IMG/VR virus record: IMGVR_UViG_3300031994_002623
Span: 28,681-92,680 of that record
DNA from: a virus
Lineage: Duplodnaviria > Caudoviricetes
Strand: one strand, 5' to 3'
DNA length: 64,000 nucleotides
A program made the translations under genes and the position numbers. Below, piece by piece: positions 51,812 through 61,662 of the stretch (position 1 is the stretch's first letter; each line of letters opens with the position of its first letter). Under the pieces are notes generated by a model. That model was not told the DNA's origin. It saw only the letters and a program-made list of their open reading frames with translations, and did not search any database.

Positions 51812-52046
51812 CGATATAAAGCCACTTGTTAAGGGTATTGCACAGCTCCAGTATGTAATGGCTGGTGGTATAGCAGTTTACCACATTATCTCAGTGGATG
51901 ACAAGAAGTATCAACTTGAGATTAACCTTAGCAACAAACAGGATGTTGGCGAAACGGCAGCATTCAAGCCGACTGAAAAGGCACTCTTATTCATGAGGTG
52001 GATTAGAAGGGCGAATGAACAAGACGAATTAATCGAGATAAGATAA
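51801..52046 (+). CDS. Hypothetical protein
   Basis: D.G...F...EKA..FMRWIR motif. Confidence 0.55.
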   Translation: MVVNDIKPLVKGIAQLQYVMAGGIAVYHIISVDDKKYQLEINLSNKQDVGETAAFKPTEKALLFMRWIRRANEQDELIEIR

Positions 52047-52047
52047 G

Positions 52048-52302
52048 ATGGGCAGACGTGGTGAGACATACGCTGACGGACTTGTTAAGGGTCATAGAAT
52101 TGGTTTCGAGAGAGGCAGGAAGGAAGCCCTTGTAGAACTCCAGAAGAATAATCCGAACAAGGATTTACCCTCTAACGAGGTCCTGTACAGGATATTCAAG
52201 CTCCTGTTTGAGTGTGAAGAGAATGATAGAAAGTCTAGTAGTTGCTACATGAATCAATATGAGCACTATGCAAATTATATAACAAAAAATTGGAATAAAT
52301 AA
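52048..52302 (+). CDS. Hypothetical protein
   Basis: ORF track. Confidence 0.5.
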   Translation: MGRRGETYADGLVKGHRIGFERGRKEALVELQKNNPNKDLPSNEVLYRIFKLLFECEENDRKSSSCYMNQYEHYANYITKNWNK

Positions 52303-52311
52303 AAATAGCAT

Positions 52312-52395
52312 ATGAAGACTGTAATGAGATATAAACGTCAGAAACGAAAGTGACGCTCTATTAGCTGGTCAACTCAGTTGAAGCTTCGAGCGTCA
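52312..52395 (+). promoter_or_regulatory. Lys/Arg-rich 13-aa leader ORF plus hairpin upstream of the tRNA-Lys cluster
   Basis: MKTVMRYKRQKRK*; TGACGCTC/GAGCGTCA stem starting at the stop codon. Confidence 0.45.
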
Positions 52396-52414
52396 TAGGA
52401 AAGATACAACAAAT

Positions 52415-52487
52415 GCGCTTGTAGCTTAGCTGGTAGAGCACGTGTCTCTTAAACATGGGGTCGTGGGTTCGAATCCCACCAGGCGCA
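52415..52487 (+). tRNA. tRNA-Lys(CTT)
   Basis: CGTGT-CTCTTAA-ACATG. Confidence 0.9.
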
Positions 52488-52512
52488 CTAAGGTATTCTA
52501 TATCGGTTCAAT

Positions 52513-52586
52513 GCGCTCATAGCTCAGTAGGTAGATGCACGTGACTTTTAATCATGGGGTCGAGGGTTCGAGTCCCTCTGGGCGCA
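52513..52586 (+). tRNA. tRNA-Lys(TTT)
   Basis: CGTGA-CTTTTAA-TCATG. Confidence 0.9.
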
Positions 52587-52596
52587 CACAGATAAC

Positions 52597-52687
52597 GCTT
52601 CCATCGTATATCGGTAAGTGCCTGGAGACAGACGGATTACATCGGTCTTTTAAACCGAATAGCAGGGTTCGACTCCCTGTGGAAGCA
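52597..52687 (+). tRNA. tRNA-Lys(TTT) with an enlarged D-loop
   Basis: TCGGT-CTTTTAA-ACCGA; CTG-GAGA-CAG insertion in the D-loop. Confidence 0.78.
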
Positions 52688-52701
52688 CACAGTTTTTATA
52701 T

Positions 52702-52786
52702 GCGTCGTTGGCAGAGAGGTTATGCAACAGACTCTTAATCTGTACTGGAAACGGTGACGTGGGTTCGAGTCCTACACGACGCACCA
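52702..52786 (+). tRNA. tRNA-Lys(CTT) with a long variable arm and encoded CCA
   Basis: ACAGA-CTCTTAA-TCTGT; ACTG-GAAA-CGGT. Confidence 0.85.
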
Positions 52787-52806
52787 AACTTTTAAATAAT
52801 GTTACG

Positions 52807-53229
52807 ATGGCAAGATTTAGTGAAGAGTATATACGTAAGTCTCTGAAGGAATACTGGGACGAGGTTGACTACAAAGTAGGAGACTGGGTTGAAACTTGTA
52901 ATCTCCTCCCTGGCATTGTCCAGGAGATAGAGATAAGGTACGACAGAGAACAGGAATACTTCGTTGAAGAGACTAGAATCTTCTACCCACACATGGCGTT
53001 CGACGAGAAGAACGAGCATAAGTATCATGGTGGTAGTTGCTGTTCAGTTCACCATTGTGGAGTGCACAAGATAACTCCAGAGTATGCATGCAAGCTCATG
53101 GCTCTTGGCGAGGAAAGACTCAAGAAGCTCTGGGAAAAGGGCTGCAAGATGACTCCAGAAGGCGAGGCTATGAAATGGGAGAAACTTGTGGAAGATGAAT
53201 ACGATGAGGTGTTCAAAGAAGAAAGATAA
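52807..53229 (+). CDS. Hypothetical protein
   Basis: VETC..LPG...CS..HCGV motif. Confidence 0.55.
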   Translation: MARFSEEYIRKSLKEYWDEVDYKVGDWVETCNLLPGIVQEIEIRYDREQEYFVEETRIFYPHMAFDEKNEHKYHGGSCCSVHHCGVHKITPEYACKLMALGEERLKKLWEKGCKMTPEGEAMKWEKLVEDEYDEVFKEER

Positions 53230-53241
53230 AGAGATATTTGT

Positions 53242-53369
53242 GGGTACATACAGCAAGATAATATTACATTCGAGCAAACTTTTAATTTGTGTGTAACGTG
53301 GGTTCGACTCCCACCCCCTCCGCAATTTAATACAACATGGAGGGGTTGAAATGACGGTTTAGTGTACCC
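53242..53369 (+). ncRNA. CAGCA-stem (Y-like) RNA 8 with a permuted tRNA-Lys(TTT)-like module
   Basis: GGGTACA...TGTACCC; GCAAA-CTTTTAA-TTTGT, T arm, CCCCTCCG/TGGAGGGG. Confidence 0.8.
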
Positions 53370-53375
53370 TTATTT

Positions 53376-53447
53376 GGCTCGATAGTTTAGTTGGCAAAAT
53401 ACTAGATTTGTAATCTTGAGTCCCCAGGTCGGAGCTGGGCCGAGCCT
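53376..53447 (+). tRNA. tRNA-Thr(TGT) with an atypical T-loop
   Basis: Loop TTTGTAA; CCCAG-GTCGGAG-CTGGG. Confidence 0.7.
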
Positions 53448-53459
53448 CTAATTATATTC

Positions 53460-53543
53460 GCCTTCGTGGGACAGTGAACGACTCCACTTGACTTGTAATC
53501 AAGATGCTTATGCGCACCGTTGGTTTGAATCCAACCGAAGGCT
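53460..53543 (+). tRNA. tRNA-Thr(TGT) with a long variable arm
   Basis: CTTGA-CTTGTAA-TCAAG. Confidence 0.8.
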
Positions 53544-53563
53544 CAAAAAAAAAGGAGAATGTT

Positions 53564-53983
53564 ATGAAATACGAGATTGGGAAAACGGTAGACTTCAATT
53601 GGGAGATATGGGAGTACTATTGTAATACTGATTTGCAGTACGAAGGTACTGAACGTCTTACTGGTATGATAGAGTCATATGATGAAGAAAAGAATTCTTA
53701 TTCGATAAGAGTTGGTGACATTCTATATCAAGGTGTAAAAGAGCATGAGATAATCAATAAGGCTGCTGAATTTAAGCATAATCTCACGGATATGAAGATT
53801 AAGATTGCAAATGCAGCACTTAAAATGAGGGATGCATTATTTGGTTGTGACCACCCAACTCATCATGAAGAATGCTATAAGGAGTATGATAAACGAAAGG
53901 ATGAGTTATATGACCTTATGAGTGAATATGATGAACTTGAAGACGAGTATATTATGCTTGGTGGGGAGAAAACAACATATTGA
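53564..53983 (+). CDS. Hypothetical protein
   Basis: ATG after the tRNA. Confidence 0.5.
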   Translation: MKYEIGKTVDFNWEIWEYYCNTDLQYEGTERLTGMIESYDEEKNSYSIRVGDILYQGVKEHEIINKAAEFKHNLTDMKIKIANAALKMRDALFGCDHPTHHEECYKEYDKRKDELYDLMSEYDELEDEYIMLGGEKTTY

Positions 53984-53987
53984 AAAT

Positions 53988-54059
53988 GCCTTATTAGCTC
54001 AATGGTAGAGCACCACTGTGGTATTGTGGGGGTTGTCAGTCCGATTCTGGCATAAGGCT
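53988..54059 (+). tRNA. tRNA-Thr(GGT)
   Basis: CCAC/GTGG stem; loop GTGGTAT. Confidence 0.78.
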
Positions 54060-54065
54060 CTTTTT

Positions 54066-54136
54066 GGCTCTATAGTTAAGTGGTATAATGATACCCTCGT
54101 AAAGTATAGTCCCCAGTCCAACTCTGGGTAGAGCCT
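54066..54136 (+). tRNA. tRNA-Thr(CGT)
   Basis: Loop CTCGTAA; GGCTCTA/TAGAGCC. Confidence 0.78.
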
Positions 54137-54223
54137 CAAGTATTAAAAATATTAAAAAATAGAGGTAAAATTTGGATATTTCATTTTTTTTCTGTATCTT
54201 TGCCACATGAAACTATTTGTATT

Positions 54224-54361
54224 ATGACTAAGGTAAATTGCATACGATGCGGTGGAGAGGTTGAAATCAATATCGCTAACGCTCAAGACGAGAATGGTGA
54301 GGTATTCGTTTGTCCTCATTGCGGTTTTAAATTCAGATATACAGACCAGGTATATGGATAA
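54224..54361 (+). CDS. Small zinc-ribbon protein (45 aa; not in the ORF track)
   Basis: MTKVNCIRCGG...CPHCG. Confidence 0.55.
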   Translation: MTKVNCIRCGGEVEINIANAQDENGEVFVCPHCGFKFRYTDQVYG

Positions 54362-54740
54362 TGTACAGGAAGAATTCACAGCTGATAAATTAAGACAGTT
54401 GGCTGAGAGTGTCAAGAAGCAGAAGGGTGATGCTGTCTCACAACTCTACGATGAGATTTACGAGTATGTGAAGAGTAAATACAAGGAACTTACACAGAAA
54501 GAGGTCATGCGTTGCGCTGATTCTGATAGAGTTAAATTTAGGCTTCCAAAACATCTGACAAGGAAATTAAAGAAGCTAGATAGAGATTCACATTGTAGCA
54601 TTACTAATAGGCTTGAAAATAGTATGAAGAGGCTTGGCTTCACTGTTCGCATCATAGACACTAAGTGGAGTTGTGAATACTGTAGTTTTCAATTCCTGTG
54701 TAATAAGATGTATACGGTATTAATTACATGGGCTACATAA
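54354..54740 (+). CDS. Hypothetical protein
   Basis: ATG overlapping the upstream stop. Confidence 0.5.
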   Translation: MDNVQEEFTADKLRQLAESVKKQKGDAVSQLYDEIYEYVKSKYKELTQKEVMRCADSDRVKFRLPKHLTRKLKKLDRDSHCSITNRLENSMKRLGFTVRIIDTKWSCEYCSFQFLCNKMYTVLITWAT

Positions 54741-54750
54741 AAGATTTGTT

Positions 54751-55455
54751 ATGATATTAGCATTTGATACATATTATTACGATGGATATTCATATACGGT
54801 ATGTGCTGCATTTGACAACTGGGCTTCAGAGAAAGCCAAGTTTCACGTAGCCAACAGAAGAAAGGGTATTGACGCAGAGTACGTTCCAGGAGAATTGTAT
54901 AAGCGTGAGTTGCCTTGTATAATGCAGTGTCTTTCACGTGTCAACGTAAATAATGTGACATCAATCATAGTTGATGGTTTCTCATGGGTTGTTGATGAAG
55001 ACGGTAAGCAAGTTCCTGGTCTTGGTAAGAGACTACAGGATGCAATACTGGACAAATATGGGCATTACCTCTCAGTGATTGGCGTTGCTAAGAATCCATA
55101 CCATAAAGAGATACCATTCTGTCATAAGGTATTCAGAGGTGAATCAAGTAAGCCACTGTATGTAACATGTACTGAGAATGAGTTTGCAGAGCACTATGCT
55201 GTTGAGATAAAACTCATGCATGGAAAATACAGGATACCAGACATTCTGAAAGAGGTAGACACCAGAACAAGGTCATACTGTGAGGAAATTGAGAACGATT
55301 GTAGTTATATTGACAGACTGATTAGAGAAAACAACAAACTTGCAAGCAAGGAAGAGGAGGATAAGTCACACGACCCTTCCATTGATTTCAGTGCGTTTGA
55401 TAAGTGGGTTGCTGAGACAGAGAAAAATGGTTTTGTTTACAGGGATGTGACATAA
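54751..55455 (+). CDS. Endonuclease V family protein
   Basis: D.YY, YVPGELYKRELP, IIVDG, IGVAK, PLYVT, RIP. Confidence 0.85.
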   Translation: MILAFDTYYYDGYSYTVCAAFDNWASEKAKFHVANRRKGIDAEYVPGELYKRELPCIMQCLSRVNVNNVTSIIVDGFSWVVDEDGKQVPGLGKRLQDAILDKYGHYLSVIGVAKNPYHKEIPFCHKVFRGESSKPLYVTCTENEFAEHYAVEIKLMHGKYRIPDILKEVDTRTRSYCEEIENDCSYIDRLIRENNKLASKEEEDKSHDPSIDFSAFDKWVAETEKNGFVYRDVT

Positions 55456-55463
55456 TCATATAT

Positions 55464-55539
55464 TCGTCGGTAAATGAAAGTGGTCTAATCTGCTAGACTC
55501 CAAATCTAGTGTACGTGTGTTCGAATCGCACCCGACGAG
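55464..55539 (+). tRNA. tRNA-Trp(CCA)
   Basis: CTAGA-CTCCAAA-TCTAG. Confidence 0.8.
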
Positions 55540-55557
55540 CTTAAAGAAAAAAGTGTT

Positions 55558-55770
55558 ATGGATATAGGTTGTATTGCAAGTGCCATCTACCTAGTTGTAG
55601 GTTTGTTGTTAGCCCGAAAGTGGTTCAACGACGAGTATAAGGATGAATACGATGAACTCAAGAAAAACGGAGAAGTTCAGCCAGCAATGGCATGTATTTT
55701 ACTTATGGTAATGGCTATATTCTGGCCAATTAAACTAACGTACAATCTAATTAAGTATGGGGAAATATGA
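55558..55770 (+). CDS. Small membrane protein
   Basis: Two hydrophobic helices; FWP motif. Confidence 0.5.
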   Translation: MDIGCIASAIYLVVGLLLARKWFNDEYKDEYDELKKNGEVQPAMACILLMVMAIFWPIKLTYNLIKYGEI

Positions 55771-56160
55771 ATTTACCAAAATCGTTTATAAGGAACAGAG
55801 TATTTGAGATAGGGATTGCAATTGTAAGAAAACCTAAAGAGAAACTCATTGAGTTCTTCCATAAGAGGGTGGACTGGTGGCTAAACATATATGGCATTAG
55901 AATCAAGCAATACAGTTGCTACCTTATGTGGAAGAAAGTTTGTTTTTAATGAAATATGACAGGAAATAAATTACTTCAACTGGTGATGCCCTATACGTAT
56001 AGACAAGGGTTCACTTATCGGACGAAAGACCATAACTCACATCCTGGAAACAAGAAGCACAAGAGTCTTGGTCATTGCGGACACGTTATCAAAAAGGCTG
56101 GTCAAACCATGCTTAGGAGAACGTTAAAGAGAGAAATGTTAAACCAAATAGAGAAAGATA

Positions 56161-56613
56161 ATGAGTAAGATAGCATTATTCCCAGGAAGTTTTGACCCAT
56201 TCCATAAGGGTCATAGGTATGTGGTAAATGCAGCATTACAACTGTTTGACGAGGTATATGTCTGTGTTGCGGTGAATCCACAGAAGAAAGGCTACTTTGA
56301 GCCTAATGCACGAGTAAGTATGATTGAGACAATCTTTCGTGAAGAGCCTCGTGTGAAGGTTATCAGTACTGATGGACTGGTATTCAAGAAAGCCCAGGAG
56401 ATTGGTGCTTCATTCATCATCAAGGGTGCAAGAAACGGCAGTGATTTTACTGATGAAGTAGCACAAGCCGATATAAACTGGAATATTGGGAAGATGCCTA
56501 CAATAGTGATTCCAACACCTAATACATTATCCTATATAAGTAGTACTGCAATAAGGAGTATACTTCAGACTTGTAAGGGTGATTCTAGCCTAGTAAAAGA
56601 CCTAGTGTGTTAA
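56161..56613 (+). CDS. coaD: Phosphopantetheine adenylyltransferase
   Basis: FPGSFDPFHKGH, NPQKK, KGARN..DF..E, ISST. Confidence 0.88.
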   Translation: MSKIALFPGSFDPFHKGHRYVVNAALQLFDEVYVCVAVNPQKKGYFEPNARVSMIETIFREEPRVKVISTDGLVFKKAQEIGASFIIKGARNGSDFTDEVAQADINWNIGKMPTIVIPTPNTLSYISSTAIRSILQTCKGDSSLVKDLVC

Positions 56614-57939
56614 CAAAATAAAAAAATTAGCTGAAAATTTGGAATTACGAAAAAAAATATATATCTTTGCACCGTGATTCAGAAACAGTAAGTTTAACGA
56701 ATAAATTAACGACAATGATTGAAGGAGCAATTTTAGTGGCAATCGGTTGGTTTGGTCACAAGTATAAAGACCCCATCGTCAAGACAGTCAAGAACTGGAT
56801 GGGTAAGTAAACCGACAAAGGATATGGCATCGAGCCTGTCGGTGAAACATATGTTGGATTAAAATACACTTCGTAAACCGTGAGTGAGAATATAGTTTAG
56901 GTGAAAACATCTGTTGACAGGAAGTTCATGCCAAAGTTATAAGTGGGAGGAGAGAACCGTAATAGTAGGTTGGAAACAACCTTCGGGTCTCCTTGAAAGG
57001 CCGAGTCACACTTTCAATAACAAACGGTCCCAATTTTTTAAGAGATTATCAGTCAAGCGGCTTTAAGCCCCGTACCATGCATAGGTTAGTATGGCGTATA
57101 TTGGTCTTAACAACGTTAGTGCAAGACAAGTGCTCGATGGCTTGTAAATAATTATGGGTACAGAGTGCGAAGCATGCTTGAGAAGTTTAATAGGTATAAA
57201 CGCAGGCAGAGGCTGACAACAGCCGAACTGAGACAGAAGGTTCAAATCCTCTCCGCAAGCACAATACAGAAATATATGACACTGACTTCGGAACGTGTAT
57301 GAAAGCTGTAGAAAAGGTTCACATAGAGTGTCGCAAGGCATTGAAAGGGTTACGTAACCTATGTGAATCCATAGATGACACTTCGGAAGAGACGGAGTAC
57401 TTTACTCGTGGTCTAGTAACGAGTCGGATTTTCCACTCCAAGTTAGGGAGAAACTGGGGGATGTATGAGAAAACATACTTTACAACATTCTCACGCAAGT
57501 AAGACTAGTATCTATATGGTTGAACTTGCATCATCCTTGAAAGGCGAATGGGTAACGCACCAGCACACAAGGCTTCGGATGTAATCTGCGGCAGTGGTTG
57601 GAAAAAGTAGGTTCGAATCCTCACTGCAAGGGCAACGGTAGTCTATACATTTCGGACTTCGGGAAGAAGTTGATGGCTATCTAAGGGTGGGTTTCTAGAG
57701 TAAAACATAAGGCGGTACATCCCACTACTCGAATGGCACTGTGGAATAGACATGGCGTGACCCAAGCTACGAGGAAGACTGGGAGACGGTTTACGATTTT
57801 TATAATACTAAAAAAATTGGAGGCAACTTTTAGCCCTCATTTGGCTACTGGTTGTGACACGTGGTTATAATTCCACCCTAAGAAGGTAAGGCAAGCTTGT
57901 CCAATGACAGGCAGTTTCGAGTGATACCACGTATTTTAT

Positions 57940-58015
57940 AGGACATTAGCTCAGCTGGTTCAGAGCGTCTGGTTTACACCCAGAAGGTTCGTGGGTTCGA
58001 ATCCCTCATGTCCTA
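57940..58015 (+). tRNA. tRNA-Val(TAC)
   Basis: TCTGG-TTTACAC-CCAGA. Confidence 0.88.
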
Positions 58016-58034
58016 CAACGGGGAGACATCCCCA

Positions 58035-58099
58035 GGGCAGTTAGTTCATGTGGTAGAACATCGGATGCGAAGAATGGGATTCAAACGCCTTACTGTCCA
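58035..58099 (+). pseudogene. Degenerate tRNA-like gene (truncated anticodon arm)
   Basis: GGGCAGT/ACTGTCC, normal D arm, TCG-GATG-CGA. Confidence 0.45.
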
Positions 58100-58103
58100 C
58101 AAA

Positions 58104-58167
58104 GGAAGCATACAGCAAAATTCTATAGGACTCAACTTGTAAGTGATAATTCTAGAAAACTGCTTCC
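58104..58167 (+). ncRNA. CAGCA-stem (Y-like) RNA 9, minimal
   Basis: GGAAGCA-TACAGCAA...TGCTTCC. Confidence 0.7.
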
Positions 58168-58198
58168 GATTTTAAAAGAAATATATAAAGGAAAATAT

Positions 58199-58759
58199 AT
58201 GGCAGAAAAAGTAGGTGTAATTATAGCACGTTTACAGCCTATACATAATGGGCATCTGGAACTGATACGCCAAGCACTTAATGAGAACGACAAGGTTCTT
58301 GTACTGGTAGGTTCAGCTGACAAGCTTAATAAGAGGAATCCTATTCCTATCAATATGAGAATGGAAATGGCATGTGATGCAATAGTCACTACCTTCAGTG
58401 AAGATAAGGACAGGATAAACGTGCAGCCTCTAGATGACCTTACTGATGAGTCTGATAATTCTCATGACTGGGGATTCTATCTCTACAGTAAAATTGTAGG
58501 ACTTACAAGGTCTCCAGAGTTTACCATCTATTATTCAGATGGATTCGAAATCATTATGCTCTGGTTTCCACCATTCATCACAAGAAACTATGTGTCATTT
58601 AAGTTGAATGCCAGGGGAACGATTGCTGAGAATATCTCAGCGACTTCAGTCAGACATATGATTATGAATAAAGATGATGAAGCACTTAAGAAATTCGTGC
58701 CAGATAGCGTCTTCGAAAAAAGAGACATATTGAGACAGTTCATAGGTGCTTATCAATAA
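58199..58759 (+). CDS. NMN adenylyltransferase-like (NadM-type) nucleotidyltransferase
   Basis: ARLQPIHNGH, VGSA, RNP, ISAT.VR. Confidence 0.8.
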   Translation: MAEKVGVIIARLQPIHNGHLELIRQALNENDKVLVLVGSADKLNKRNPIPINMRMEMACDAIVTTFSEDKDRINVQPLDDLTDESDNSHDWGFYLYSKIVGLTRSPEFTIYYSDGFEIIMLWFPPFITRNYVSFKLNARGTIAENISATSVRHMIMNKDDEALKKFVPDSVFEKRDILRQFIGAYQ

Positions 58760-58767
58760 AAGATAGT

Positions 58768-59010
58768 ATGAATTACGATGTAGGACAACCATTCATTGAG
58801 GTTACGTTCCCAACTAGGGGTACTAAAAAGGCTCTGTTTAGGCGTGAGGATATTCTCAGAGTTACAGAAACAATAACTCCAGATGGAGACCCTCTTGTGA
58901 CTATCTTTGTAAAGCCTTTGAGTAGTAATTGCTGCAAAGAATATCTAGAGTGGTATTTCGACGGTACTATGGAGAAATTTAGGGAGTCTACAAAGACCGT
59001 GTATATGTAG
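58768..59010 (+). CDS. Hypothetical protein
   Basis: ORF track. Confidence 0.45.
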   Translation: MNYDVGQPFIEVTFPTRGTKKALFRREDILRVTETITPDGDPLVTIFVKPLSSNCCKEYLEWYFDGTMEKFRESTKTVYM

Positions 59011-59028
59011 TACGTTGGTGATATTAAT

Positions 59029-59108
59029 CGGGGTGTATCTCCTCTCGCTGATACCGAGTAGAAAGAGTAGTAGGTTGCACGCAGGTTCGACTCCTGCCGC
59101 CCCGACCA
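59029..59108 (+). tRNA. tRNA-Ile(GAT) with an internally permuted D-arm and encoded CCA
   Basis: CGGGGTG/CGCCCCG-ACCA; CTCG-CTGATAC-CGAG; GAGTAGTAGGTT after the anticodon arm. Confidence 0.7.
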
Positions 59109-59111
59109 ATT

Positions 59112-59225
59112 TGAAGGATACCAGAGGAGAACTAGGGCAACCTAGATGTAGACAAATGGGCATTACTTTCGTGAGTAATGTGCTCTTAGGAGCTTCGGTG
59201 TGTGCAAATCCACCTCCTTCAACCA
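59112..59225 (+). ncRNA. Giant-D-loop tRNA-like RNA, copy A (encoded CCA)
   Basis: TGAAGGA/TCCTTCA-ACCA; GAGGAGAA-hairpin-ATGTAGACAAA. Confidence 0.8.
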
Positions 59226-59284
59226 GTTTAAAAGGAGTTCTTTGATATTTTTACATATTAGGATATATTTATCTTACAACAAAT

Positions 59285-59656
59285 GGGCTTGAAACGGAAT
59301 AGACAGCTATACATTTGGTAGGAGACAAGCAGTGGGCATACACTAGAAATAGCGAAAAAATATAAATGGCGAGATAGATTTCTCTCCTGCTTACGAGTAC
59401 GCTGTAGCAGCTTAAAGTGAGCCGAGAGACCAGGCTCTTAGGAACAGAACATCCTGGTAACTTGTTTCTTGGTGTCATGAAACCAAGTGGTGGCTATGAC
59501 CGATTGACATCCAGTCAATCCCCCAATGTTTTCCTCGTTTTCTCAAAATGAGGTGGTCCCAAAGACGGTGGCGCAAGCCATTGCACATTTTGGAAAGCTT
59601 GTATAATCTCTTATGGGATGGTAGTTTGGACCGCAGTTCGACTCTGCGCAAGTCCA
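59285..59656 (+). ncRNA. ssrA: tmRNA; tag (A)GEIDFSPAYEYAVAA*
   Basis: GGGCTTG/CAAGTCC-A acceptor with G3:U; T-loop; tag ORF 59368-59415. Confidence 0.9.
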
Positions 59657-59680
59657 CGTAAGAATCTGATAATCAGATAG

Positions 59681-60256
59681 TTACACGATAAGATTAGATG
59701 TATAAACAGATATTTCTTTTAGGAATTTTCTGACCTCTATATCTGATTTAGTACTTTTCATTAGGTTAATAGGTGTTGATATAAACTGTATATTACCCTT
59801 TACATACCCCAATGAGGAATCAATCCTATCCAAAGAGGCTCTGTGAAAAAAATCAATTTCATTCACATTAGAATTTTCTGGTAGGATTAGGCTCAAACCT
59901 GTATAAGGACAGATACCATTCTGTTTTTCCCAGGTTTCTTTTAAATCATCTAGGGTTATATCAACATCTTTGAAACGTCTTGTTACGCACCTGTAGGTAT
60001 ATCTAAATGGAGTATATTCATCCCTATGATTTCTGCAAATGTGTTTTAAATGTTCCAACATTTTGTCTGAAGCTGGCTTATATGGCATTTCCTTTCGGAC
60101 TTTAGACGTTCCTTTGCTAACGCATTCACGACAGCAGTAAAGATGTCTACCTTTTGATTTAATTCGTGTGACTTCTTTTAGTGGACGTTCAAATTCTTTT
60201 CCACAGTTATCGCAGATAACTTTCACTAATTTACCTTGATTTTTATATTTATTCAT
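59681..60256 (-). CDS. HNH-type endonuclease with a zinc finger
   Basis: CDNCGKEF...YCCRECV; GICPYTG...SLDRIDSSLGYVKGN...N. Confidence 0.8.
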   Translation of the reverse strand: MNKYKNQGKLVKVICDNCGKEFERPLKEVTRIKSKGRHLYCCRECVSKGTSKVRKEMPYKPASDKMLEHLKHICRNHRDEYTPFRYTYRCVTRRFKDVDITLDDLKETWEKQNGICPYTGLSLILPENSNVNEIDFFHRASLDRIDSSLGYVKGNIQFISTPINLMKSTKSDIEVRKFLKEISVYTSNLIV

Positions 60257-60429
60257 AATGTATATGTATTTTATTATAAATATCTGGTAAGGTGGAGAAA
60301 TACGGAGTTTAATAGGTTTTCTTTCCGTTATTGTCCACTTGAAAAAAAAAAATGAAAAATTTCTTCTGAAAAATTTGGATTTTACGAAAAAAATATATAT
60401 CTTTGCACCGTCAATTAAAAACAATAATT

Positions 60430-60681
60430 ATGGAGAAGATATTAGAAAGTGAATTCAGAAACAACCTGTATAAGTCTCTAGTAGACGCAGGATACGAGAA
60501 GAAAGAGGCTCAGAAAATTGTAGGTGTGAAGTATCACGGAGCACTGAAGGCTGACCTTAAGCAAAGGCTGGAAACACTATCAGCCCTGGTAGAGGACGAA
60601 ACTTATGATGGTTTAGTCTTCAACGGAGAAGAACTTAATGGTCTAGTAGATGAGCTTAAAAAGGTCAAAGGTGTAATTTAA
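60430..60681 (+). CDS. Hypothetical protein
   Basis: Follows the promoter at 60398. Confidence 0.5.
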   Translation: MEKILESEFRNNLYKSLVDAGYEKKEAQKIVGVKYHGALKADLKQRLETLSALVEDETYDGLVFNGEELNGLVDELKKVKGVI

Positions 60682-60847
60682 TAAAAAAAAGTTCCTAAAA
60701 AATTTGGAATTACGAAAAAAAATATATATCTTTGCACCGTGAAAATATAAACATGTTGATAACAAGTACCACTGTTAAGCTAAGACTGCTGAAATGATTG
60801 CAGAGTGTTGATGAAGCTTCATACGGATGAACAACATGTTTCAATAT

Positions 60848-60931
60848 AGTGGGATAGTGTAATGGTAACATGCTAGGCTCATAACCTAGAGACATTAATT
60901 GCTAGCGTTGGTTCGAATCCAACTCCCGCTA
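60848..60931 (+). tRNA. tRNA-Met(CAT) with a long variable region
   Basis: CTAGG-CTCATAA-CCTAG. Confidence 0.8.
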
Positions 60932-60936
60932 CTCTT

Positions 60937-61046
60937 TGAGAGATACCAGAGGAGAACAGTCGCAAGGCTGATGTAGACAAATGGGCAGTACGGTAAGTAT
61001 TGTGTTACTTCGGTAACTTCGTGGTGTGCAAATCCCACTCTCTCAA
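60937..61046 (+). ncRNA. Giant-D-loop tRNA-like RNA, copy B
   Basis: TGAGAGA/TCTCTCA; same conserved motifs as copy A. Confidence 0.8.
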
Positions 61047-61053
61047 CTATATT

Positions 61054-61165
61054 TGGTAGATACGAGAGGAGAACTGGAATAATCCAGATGTAGACAAATC
61101 GGCATTAAGTTCGTGCTTAATGTGCCTCTTAGGAGGCTTCGGTAGTGCAAATCTACCTCTACCAA
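61054..61165 (+). ncRNA. Giant-D-loop tRNA-like RNA, copy C
   Basis: TGGTAGA/TCTACCA; D-stem CGA/TCG covariation. Confidence 0.8.
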
Positions 61166-61357
61166 CAAATTGGTAAAGGGATAAAGCGGGACTAAGGTAG
61201 TCTAAAGCCCTTGAATCATAGAAAGCGAACGATACCCAAAGGTGTAAAAAGTGTTCCATGTTGAACTACCATAGGAAGGAGCGTATACGTGCTGACGTGG
61301 AAGTGTACAGCCACAACTGAGCGACTCGCAAGCTTTCGTGAACCAATAAACTTCTTT

Positions 61358-61467
61358 TGAAGGATACCAGAGGAGAACAGTCGCAAGGCTGATGTAGACA
61401 AATGGGCAACATGGTAAGTGTTGTGCTCTTTCGAGAGCTTCGGTGTGTGCAAATCCACCTCCTTCAA
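61358..61467 (+). ncRNA. Giant-D-loop tRNA-like RNA, copy D
   Basis: TGAAGGA/TCCTTCA. Confidence 0.8.
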
Positions 61468-61662
61468 CATTGAATCTCGCAGCTAAAACAGTAGTGATGA
61501 GGCTAGTGTTTACTAGAACAATGCGCAAAATGTCTAGGAAGCTGTGGGTAGGTCTTCAAGTTAGTCTAGAATGATTTGTTGATTCGAAAAATCCTCATCA
61601 ACAATACGTTAATTCTTAACGCAAAGAGTTTTTGCGGTGGACAAAGTAAAAAAACCACCTTT

